Below are positions 57,101 through 64,000 of a DNA stretch of 64,000 nt, in pieces. Source of the DNA: Thermoproteota archaeon (GTDB lineage Archaea > Thermoproteota > Thermoprotei > Gearchaeales > Gearchaeaceae). Every line of letters begins with the position of its first letter. Position 1 is the stretch's first letter. A model generated the notes under the pieces. The model was not told the DNA's origin. It saw nothing but the letters and a program-made list of their open reading frames with translations, and did not search any database. The DNA is taken from NCBI GenBank assembly GCA_032249235.1, contig JAVVGF010000001.1, forward strand, positions 152,399 to 216,398. Direction: 5' to 3'. A program made the translations under genes and the position numbers.

Positions 57101-57473
57101 TGTTACCATTTGTTAGCAGCTCACTTAATAATCTATTGAACGCACTTCCTGTAATAACCTTTAGCGTTACATTTAATGGTGTAGGTTTGCCTGCAGGTAT
57201 TTCTATTTCTCCTACCTTTATCTCACCTATTATTCCTTCTTCATTAAATATTATGATATCTCCTTCTTTTACATTAGCTGATATTGAGGCTTGGTTAATT
57301 AATTTTACAGATATTTCTATACTATTAGGACCTGTCTGTTTGACAATGTATATTGAATCTATTTTTGGTGGAACATATAGGAAAATCGGCAATAAATATA
57401 CCGTTAAGGAACCAAGAAGAATTAAGATTAATGACATAATTGCGAGCTTTTTATAAAGCGTTTTCATTATCAT
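54177..57473 (-). CDS. giant N-terminally anchored beta-repeat surface protein (paralog B)
   Basis: 1098 aa with the same architecture as 47249..50893: N-terminal TM LAIMSLILILLGSLTVYLLPIFL, then repeated beta-sandwich-like modules with pervasive sequons. Confidence 0.65.
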   Translation of the reverse strand: MIMKTLYKKLAIMSLILILLGSLTVYLLPIFLYVPPKIDSIYIVKQTGPNSIEISVKLINQASISANVKEGDIIIFNEEGIIGEIKVGEIEIPAGKPTPLNVTLKVITGSAFNRLLSELLTNGNSSFYYEGDIKVAVPVFSFLTINLHIPKEKAKFELESIQSFVSVDKIIIPKNNDAKAIIILNNPTNLGITLTSMKGNIYYNNKNIGSLNYSGPIELRPHDYNRLIVNAYIETDGISGAINDLVNNKTIVLTWKGEVALLFGDIQASFNATINKNINFDFDMQAKVNNIKFLEETKLLINSNVTFSLSDNFDLFFKIKQLLFTVYSGNERLGIGYLSNIDVMGEKLNNITLILDLNKESLPSLISLFFSGQSITLDILNVNGTIEIFNKDIMIHSDRRISIPVDYQSLGINFEIKVTNIQVSPDNNNLNVTLKFLVKAPNVSKLNLSLLNPSFVIYEPQTNSTLKIKSSSLLLSDETYSNVSILLNVNDPSTSKIFSLFATQGKVKFYIKSMNATLKVGNTYLPVNLRVSQDIEVTPLGLVGVRVYAGFITAPSLGIFKITLNVTIDLKSDFPIQLYIYQVTYDVYSSDGSVLIAKNATLQPRQYENVIPIVILVGSGSKTFVANANVTITEEGLRWIAQQALQNDFLNLTVKNITVYLKLFSLPLKLYIASYTIKAELFPRLIIKISQFNFYPGKKAEVEAQLYSPNYQIPVNILSLKFKLNDGNTFTYFANGSLLSVYSNVNGSLLNGKFLINFVSQNPLTYIGPLIKGADTLLYGSDVNVVANLGGKEVNIFLFRTVFLRVSSLIEIETNATLKGFSVYPSSQGINIIGEGLLNVTLKQGINAPVNFKNAKFIVMANYMNSWKAIGSGELITQGTFTGKFASLNIKASVSLNKEGFAYFGQNLLSSGLVIVRLSNITMHVSIYDIEGDIPFVDVDLPITGPNLSVSISNIVVRNIDWGLSGTSVVVRSVTVQADVTFKNPYNFTVTLSNIKVDVYHSSGAFLGRAIISQTITLGPNQSVTIQGVTVTITNVNPLYSNLSYSIISLFPLQVKACITGLMVYAKGSTTTTVYDVTFLTNFVTPKIPVPQTCAILS

Positions 57474-57503
57474 TTAATTTAAAGACTATCTCTGTTTATA
57501 AAA

Positions 57504-60500
57504 CTAACGATACCGTACAGGTAAATTATTAACAGTATATTGAATTATAGTCTTTAAATTCCCCACCTTAATTGAAATCAATACTTGAATATCAACGTTC
57601 ATTTTTAGCGTGTCATTTTGAGAATTGTAATGTCTTAATACGTAAGAAACGGATACATCAGGTATGTTTATTTCTAAATCACTTATTATAGTTGATGAAT
57701 TAGGTCCTAGTGTTATGTTGCTTAATTGCGTATTTCCTACAGGCTTACCATCCATTGAATCATATATATTTAAGATAGCCAAATCTAATTTGACGGTAAA
57801 ATTATAAGGATTTATTATTTTAATCGTAGATTTTGCTTTTATTTCGTTACCTGAAATATACATTACCTGAAATTCTAATATTTCAACTTGTACAGGCTTA
57901 CTTTGGTAAGTAATCGTAAGATTTAATGGAAGGCTTGCTGTGTAATATTGATCCATCAAATTTACGATCACTATTATTTTATCGATGGTTACTTTTACTG
58001 TTTTGCCGTTTGCAATCAATGTAGCAATATAATCTAACCTAGGTCCGCTTAAAAGATTTAATTTTGCTGTTGCAATATAGGTATCCTTGCTTATTGGAAT
58101 AACTTCAGAAATGGTACCGTTTGCCACTTCAATTCTAAGCTCATCTTTAATAGTGAAACTAGCATTAACAAGCTTTGCATCTACAATGTTATTCGATATG
58201 GTGAGCCTAAATTTTACATATACAAAGTTATCGCTAATTGAAGGTGGAACATTTATATCTATTACGCTTACTTCAAAGCTCAAAGGCTTAATGTTTGGTA
58301 TGATTGTGATGAACACTGAACTTTCTGCAAATAAATCGTAATTTTCTCCTAATAGTGATATTGAGCCTTTAATGTTTTTACCAATAACAGTTGCGTTGTA
58401 ACCGAGAAGGATTTTAGCTAGATTAGTTTGGTTTTTATTCGTCAAAACTATCAAACCATTTCCTTTGAAAGAGGAATTAATATAAGATGCATTAGATAAT
58501 TTAATATAACCTATTATGTTAGAAAATTCATCAGTTACATTTCCTTCAAAATTATTTACGCCAAACGGGACTTCAATTCCCTTTAGTTTCATATCAAATG
58601 AAAAACTTAATGTTTTGCCGTTTATTATATTAATATTGTTAAGATAAACCTGCAATAAAGGTAATAAAATTACATTTAAAGTTACATTTCTTATTAACAA
58701 TATAATACTAAATGTCCCAATTTTTACAGTTATATTTGCATCAAGTATAATTAAGTTTGTTTTTCCTTTTTCTAAAAAATCTTTGATCATCTTTCCAGTT
58801 AAACTCTTTGATAATTTAACTACGCTAGTAGTGCTAAAGTTATATGATTGTTCATTAGATATGTATTGATTAATATCTTGTTTAAAATTTTCTAATACTT
58901 TATCACCTTCGATTGTAAAAACATTCATGTAAACATTAACAAGGAAAAATTTTTCCACTTTTAATTTTGATTTTAGAGATATATTGAGATCAAGTTTGTA
59001 TGAGCTATCAAAAGAACGTATGTTAATTAGATAAGCGTTTGCTTCAAGAATATCTAAAGGAGATATCTTTAGTAAAATATTCAAATTGGTTTGCTTTGAG
59101 ATCGTTTTGCCATATACATTTACTTTTAAATATCCTCCTTGGATTTGCAGTAAAAGCGAACCATTTTTTGCGAAATCTTGAATGAGAGGTTTAACATTAG
59201 GATCGTTTACTCCCAAAGTTACTGTAGTAAAGAAATTAGATGAATTGGATAGATCAATCGGGCCATTTATTTTTTGATCGAACACCAGCTTCCCATTGTT
59301 GAAATTTAACTTAAACACTGCCTCGTCGATAGTCATTGGTATACCAGTAACGTTTAAAGAGAGAAAACTGAAATTGAAGCCAATAATGAGAGTATCTTTA
59401 TTTTGATCATACATAATCGAATATGGTTTTACTCCTATAATGAAGCGGGCATAGCCCCAATCTAGATTTATTGAATACTTTCCTAATTTTAAATTAACTA
59501 TATCAGTTCCAAATGCTAATTTGGGCTGTTCAACAAAATTAAGAGATAGTTTAACAGTGGAATTTTTTAAAAATTCATCTACGAATAAATAAAAGTTATC
59601 TATTATGGGTAATATTACTATTTTACTATATACAATACCATTTGATGCGCTCGAATCTGTTATTCTGAAGTCCGCTATATAAGTTTCATTCAAAATCACT
59701 TTACCACTTCCACCTGCTAGGTTTATTCCATTTAATGGTAAAGATGCTATTTTGCTACTTAAATACCCTGTAATCTCTAATCTCTCTGGATATTTAAAAT
59801 ACTTTATCGAATTTATAGTAAAATTAGAAAATGTTGGTATTTCAATATTTCTTGATAATGAAATATTTAATGGAATCAATATTGTTCCAAATTTAATTTT
59901 TGCATTTATAATTGAATTCATCAAAGGATTAGAAAAAATTATGTTACCTAAATTATTTATATAACTAGTAGAATTGTAAAATAAATTTATTATAAAATTT
60001 TGATTAGCCTCAACTTCATAAGATTTATTAGAATAAAAGTGTATTATATCATTATTGTATATTTTTAAAACTCCACTTATATCTTGAATTATAAAGCTTG
60101 AGTTTAAGGGATTTTCGATAATTACATTGATTGTGTTTTTATCTATGCTCACTGATTTTATTGTATTATTTAACGAATATTGGTAAAGGAATGTCGAACC
60201 TTTTATTGTTGTTGGGATTTCAAAAAATAAAAATTTTGTATTTACATTACCTTCATAGCTGACTTCAATGTTTCCTTTAGAGAAAAGTCCATTCAAGACG
60301 CTACTGAAATATTTGATATCTTCTTTATCTACGAAGGCACTTAACTTGATTGAGTTTTCACCTGAATTTATATCTAATGGGTTATTTATGGTAATTGTAG
60401 CAAATTTATTATTCTCATACAGTATGTTAATATGTCCTTTATTAATACTGATTGCTTGGAAATTATTTATGATAACTAATGACGCATCAATTACTAAATT

Positions 60501-60698
60501 GTCCCCCAATTGCTTTATTCCTAAAACTTTTACACTTTTTATTGAAGGCTGAAATATAAACATCGGAAATATTAGAAAGACGGAAACTATAATTACTGCA
60601 ATTAAAACTAGGGCAATTAATTTTCTCTTTCCTATACGCATCAATATTTTATTAGTTTCTTTCTTAAAAAGTATTGAGAATAAATTTTGAAATATCAA
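57504..60698 (-). CDS. giant N-terminally anchored beta-repeat surface protein (paralog C)
   Basis: 1064 aa. The N-terminal TM LIALVLIAVIIVSVFLIFPMFIF is followed by repeated modules. It lies tandem to and co-directional with paralog B, 30 bp apart. Confidence 0.65.
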   Translation of the reverse strand: MIFQNLFSILFKKETNKILMRIGKRKLIALVLIAVIIVSVFLIFPMFIFQPSIKSVKVLGIKQLGDNLVIDASLVIINNFQAISINKGHINILYENNKFATITINNPLDINSGENSIKLSAFVDKEDIKYFSSVLNGLFSKGNIEVSYEGNVNTKFLFFEIPTTIKGSTFLYQYSLNNTIKSVSIDKNTINVIIENPLNSSFIIQDISGVLKIYNNDIIHFYSNKSYEVEANQNFIINLFYNSTSYINNLGNIIFSNPLMNSIINAKIKFGTILIPLNISLSRNIEIPTFSNFTINSIKYFKYPERLEITGYLSSKIASLPLNGINLAGGSGKVILNETYIADFRITDSSASNGIVYSKIVILPIIDNFYLFVDEFLKNSTVKLSLNFVEQPKLAFGTDIVNLKLGKYSINLDWGYARFIIGVKPYSIMYDQNKDTLIIGFNFSFLSLNVTGIPMTIDEAVFKLNFNNGKLVFDQKINGPIDLSNSSNFFTTVTLGVNDPNVKPLIQDFAKNGSLLLQIQGGYLKVNVYGKTISKQTNLNILLKISPLDILEANAYLINIRSFDSSYKLDLNISLKSKLKVEKFFLVNVYMNVFTIEGDKVLENFKQDINQYISNEQSYNFSTTSVVKLSKSLTGKMIKDFLEKGKTNLIILDANITVKIGTFSIILLIRNVTLNVILLPLLQVYLNNINIINGKTLSFSFDMKLKGIEVPFGVNNFEGNVTDEFSNIIGYIKLSNASYINSSFKGNGLIVLTNKNQTNLAKILLGYNATVIGKNIKGSISLLGENYDLFAESSVFITIIPNIKPLSFEVSVIDINVPPSISDNFVYVKFRLTISNNIVDAKLVNASFTIKDELRIEVANGTISEVIPISKDTYIATAKLNLLSGPRLDYIATLIANGKTVKVTIDKIIVIVNLMDQYYTASLPLNLTITYQSKPVQVEILEFQVMYISGNEIKAKSTIKIINPYNFTVKLDLAILNIYDSMDGKPVGNTQLSNITLGPNSSTIISDLEINIPDVSVSYVLRHYNSQNDTLKMNVDIQVLISIKVGNLKTIIQYTVNNLPVRYR

Positions 60699-60795
60699 AG
60701 GGTGGTTATTTTTCTCGATTTGCCTTTCTTTAATACTATGGTAATACCCATAGTTTATGTATTAATTTTTTAAAGATGTCTGCGAAAGTGTTACT

Positions 60796-63513
60796 ATGAG
60801 AAGAATACTTCTTTCAATACTGATTTGTGGATTAATACTGGGGGGCTTATTCAATATTCAATCCTCTTACGCAAATGGCCAATATCAATCTTCAAGCTCA
60901 GGCGGTCAATGGGTTAGTCGCTATAATTCGCCTTATAATAATCCCTATTCTGAAAAACTCTATAGTTCCATTGCAGATAATTCATCTATCTCACTTTCGA
61001 ATCTAGGTGATCCTAATGGAGAAATCGCTTCTAAAGCATTAATATACAACAATATCGCGTACTTCGTAACCAAATCTGTAAGTATTTACTCTTTAGATCT
61101 TTCAAGCTATAACTATAAATCTATGAATCTGTCATTATCAAATAATATACTAAGCTCTACTCCTGCTCTTGTCGGTGAAAATTGTAATACTATCGCTGCA
61201 ATAGATGGATTGTCTTTTGTTAATTTTATAAGATTTGGGCCGGGCTTGAGTATTTCATTGCTAAGAAAATATGGACCTTTGAATATTTATTCAAATCCTG
61301 TAACGCCTAGCAATTCTAATTTTTTCATAACGAGCAATTCTTCTCCTTCAGGTTATATCTATGTTTTTGGTTGTGATGGAACTATTAACAATATATATAT
61401 GTTATCACCTTATGAGCAACCTGAAAAAGGAGTTGCGGTTAAATCTAATACAATATACGTACTCACAAATTTTGGCTCTGTAAAAGCTATTGGTAATGTG
61501 AACTGGAACGCCCAACTCGGATTGAAGTTTACACAAGAACCAGTTATCTATAACGATCGGATTTTCGTAAGAGGTGTAATGTATGAAGATGGTTCCGAAA
61601 TGATAGTAGCGTTGAATTCAACTAACGGCTCAACTATATGGTCTTTAAGAATTCCAGCAACCATACTAAGTCCGATGGTAATATTTCAAGATAGAATTTA
61701 TTTCATAACCGAAGGACCTTATATCTACAGCCTTAATGCTTCAAATGGTGCTGTTCTAAAAACAAAGAAGCTTCAATCTATTTCTTTTACTGGTATTTCG
61801 CCAGATATGATAGCGATTTCAAGCGAATTGGTCTTCACAGGTATTTACAATGGCAAATTTTCGCTCGTTTATTATGATGTTATTGATGATTTGATCAATT
61901 ATGATTATTTGAATGCTAACTTAGGTAAACCAATAGGGATTAGTTTAGGTAATGGTAAAATTATTGTTACTTTTCAAAAAGGAATTGAACAATTACCCAT
62001 AAAAGCTAAAGCTTCACTAAAAATCTATGTTGAACCCGCTTCATATAACTATAGCGTAAATATTAATGGAACAAGCTATATTATACAACCAAACAATACA
62101 TTCATACTTTACCTCTTCCTCAAAAGACCTTCTTCTCTTAATTTAGAAATTAAAAATAAGATTATAATAAACGATCAGAAATATCTCGGATTTTATAGAT
62201 GGGAAAACGTTTCACAAAGCAATTTCAATAAATCAACAGTTTACATTAATCAATGGGATTCAATTGTAGTTAAAGCTTATTATAGATATTATCTTTTAAC
62301 AAACTTAAATTTGGATTATAAAATCATAAGTAGTCAGCAAATCAACGTAACGCCTAAAATAAATATAGTTGAATACAATTCGACGAAAGTCTCACTTTTC
62401 CTTCCACAAAATACGACATCTAACTTCACTATTTATGCACAACCCGTAGTTGTGATTAACAAGACTTCAAGTCTTGTGTTTCAAAAATGGAGTGATGGAG
62501 ATAAAAATTACATAAGAAAGATTTATGTGCAGGCAGGTTCGACTGTTTATTTCACAGCACTATACTCATTATCTAATAACTATACGCTAACTTTAATAGT
62601 GAATCCATCAAATTATGCTTCTAAAATTTTACAAAGTTTATCAACAAATTTGAATAATGTTACTTCTATGGTTTGGATAGTCCCTCCAAATACAAATGTG
62701 ACTTTTGAAATCAAGCAAACTATAATATCTTTAAATAGTACAGCTAGATTAGCATTTGCCTATTGGTCAGGCGATATTTCTTCTAACGACACTAAAATTA
62801 CATTTTCAGTATCTCATACCAACTTTACTATAGTATTAAATTTCCAATTACAAAAATTATTCATAGTAAAGCTAATTAATATAACATATTATAATAATCA
62901 AATAATTAATAATGGTACTTCAACAATCTTAAGTAAGTGGTATTCTAGTTCAAATTATAATTACACTTTGAAAATTAATAAAATAATTTATTTAAATAAA
63001 TATGAAAGATTATTAATTTCTAATTATACAATAAACACTATTAATTCAAAAACTAATGAGACATCTAATTATATTATTTCTACGATAACTTTGAGTAGTG
63101 GAACTACACTTATCAAAGTGGTATATGTTTTGCAAAAATACACACAGCTTCTAATTATTTTCAATGATCCAGAAGTTAAATATATATTTATAAATGGAAC
63201 TAAAGAAGATATAATAAAAAACAATAATACTTATCTAGTAAATAAAACTATGTGGACTTCGAATAGCATAAAATTCTATATTGAGGCAGTTGAAAAGGTA
63301 AAATTAAGCGATTATGAGTATATTGTTTTTAAATCTTTTAATAATACATCCTCTTCTTCGATCTCTGTGAATTTAAATCCGGGTGATAAAGTTACTTTGT
63401 ATGCTCAGTATCAAAGAGAAAATGTACTAGCTCTTTCGAGTAGCATCTTGGTAATATTGATATTGGTCATAGGTATAATGGTTATTGCCATTCTAATAAG
63501 ATGGTTGATGTAA
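60796..63513 (+). CDS. secreted PQQ-like beta-propeller repeat protein with C-terminal TM anchor
   Basis: 905 aa. A signal peptide is followed by repeated ..IYxxSxDGxxxAL(N)xxNGxxxW.. blades (e.g. MIVALNSTNGSTIWSLRIP, IYSLNASNGAVLKTKKL), a sequon-rich beta region, and the TM SSILVILILVIGIMVIAILI. Confidence 0.55.
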   Translation: MRRILLSILICGLILGGLFNIQSSYANGQYQSSSSGGQWVSRYNSPYNNPYSEKLYSSIADNSSISLSNLGDPNGEIASKALIYNNIAYFVTKSVSIYSLDLSSYNYKSMNLSLSNNILSSTPALVGENCNTIAAIDGLSFVNFIRFGPGLSISLLRKYGPLNIYSNPVTPSNSNFFITSNSSPSGYIYVFGCDGTINNIYMLSPYEQPEKGVAVKSNTIYVLTNFGSVKAIGNVNWNAQLGLKFTQEPVIYNDRIFVRGVMYEDGSEMIVALNSTNGSTIWSLRIPATILSPMVIFQDRIYFITEGPYIYSLNASNGAVLKTKKLQSISFTGISPDMIAISSELVFTGIYNGKFSLVYYDVIDDLINYDYLNANLGKPIGISLGNGKIIVTFQKGIEQLPIKAKASLKIYVEPASYNYSVNINGTSYIIQPNNTFILYLFLKRPSSLNLEIKNKIIINDQKYLGFYRWENVSQSNFNKSTVYINQWDSIVVKAYYRYYLLTNLNLDYKIISSQQINVTPKINIVEYNSTKVSLFLPQNTTSNFTIYAQPVVVINKTSSLVFQKWSDGDKNYIRKIYVQAGSTVYFTALYSLSNNYTLTLIVNPSNYASKILQSLSTNLNNVTSMVWIVPPNTNVTFEIKQTIISLNSTARLAFAYWSGDISSNDTKITFSVSHTNFTIVLNFQLQKLFIVKLINITYYNNQIINNGTSTILSKWYSSSNYNYTLKINKIIYLNKYERLLISNYTINTINSKTNETSNYIISTITLSSGTTLIKVVYVLQKYTQLLIIFNDPEVKYIFINGTKEDIIKNNNTYLVNKTMWTSNSIKFYIEAVEKVKLSDYEYIVFKSFNNTSSSSISVNLNPGDKVTLYAQYQRENVLALSSSILVILILVIGIMVIAILIRWLM

Positions 63514-63603
63514 TTTATGAGAATTTGGTATTGAAAGCTATTTAATAAAGATTATTGTTAAGTTCTCCAAAAGATTTAAATCGATAAAATCAAATGAGGT
63601 CAT

Positions 63604-64000
63604 ATGAATAAAAAATTTTTAGCCATTTTACTAGCTTTAATAATCATTAGCTTACAGCCAAATTTCGTAAGTGCTGAGAAGCAACAGGGAAAGCTAACGG
63701 CTAATTTTATGGAAAGCCGCAGTTTTGCTATAGGAACGATATCTTTGGGTATTAACTATGAAATAAATTACAATGTTGATTATAAAGCAGAAGTAGCAAA
63801 AGGTGATACTAACGATATCAATTTATCTCTCTATGGAGGTGTAGCTAATTTAACTTTTGGTTTTCAAAATCAAACATTAAACTATAATAGAACAATGAAG
63901 CTAGGCGAACAGGTTGCATTCAACGTTGGTCCTTTAAGATTGAATATTCTTCTAAAGGCTGAAGCACCAATAAATATATTAGGTAGCGCTAGTAGTCAAT
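63604..64000 (+). CDS. 5' portion of a secreted hypothetical protein (continues beyond window end)
   Basis: ATG at 63604. It has a signal peptide MNKKFLAILLALIIISLQPNFVSA. The ORF is open to the window end. Confidence 0.5.
   Translation, partial: MNKKFLAILLALIIISLQPNFVSAEKQQGKLTANFMESRSFAIGTISLGINYEINYNVDYKAEVAKGDTNDINLSLYGGVANLTFGFQNQTLNYNRTMKLGEQVAFNVGPLRLNILLKAEAPINILGSASSQ

Overview
This 64 kb window is AT-rich (about 30% GC by eye) and looks archaeal. The gene content supports that: an archaeal-type split glutamate synthase, a B12-dependent class II ribonucleotide reductase, an Lhr-type helicase, Taw3, a DRG/TGS GTPase, an SCP-x-type thiolase paired with DUF35, and geranylgeranyl-reductase-family paralogs. 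Several predicted extracellular proteins carry unusually dense N-glycosylation sequons (N-x-S/T), have a Ser/Thr-rich linker plus C-terminal TM anchor on a solute-binding protein, and show TATA-like A/T boxes about 27 bp upstream of some ATGs. Together these suggest a thermoacidophilic archaeon of Sulfolobales- or Thermoplasmatales-like lifestyle. I cannot assign a genus from sequence alone.

Layout:
- 1–27.6 kb is mostly core metabolism and information processing: ETF alpha/beta; thiolase plus DUF35; a metallophosphoesterase; Lhr helicase; a three-gene glutamate-synthase operon; a CitG-like protein; a cupin; class II RNR split into two ORFs; a DRG GTPase; a peroxiredoxin/thioredoxin island; Taw3; a GNAT; and a fumarase/aspartase-family lyase.
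- 27.6–34 kb holds two very large sequon-rich membrane-anchored surface proteins, one with tandem ~83-aa repeats. A roughly 400 bp GC-elevated non-coding island follows.
- 34.6–43.6 kb holds an MMPL/RND-like transporter and an oligopeptide-type ABC importer (binding protein plus two permeases, no ATPase).
- 43.6–64 kb is an accessory-looking cluster. Three divergent geranylgeranyl-reductase-family flavoproteins are interleaved with three paralogous ~1100–1200 aa N-terminally anchored beta-repeat giants, a beta-helix/FN3 protein, and a PQQ-like beta-propeller protein.

That last cluster, the candidate ncRNA island, the split RNR and the degenerate glutamate-synthase paralog are the most interesting items. 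Many short antisense ORFs in the six-frame track are AT-rich artefacts. The track also reports TTG/GTG starts as M.
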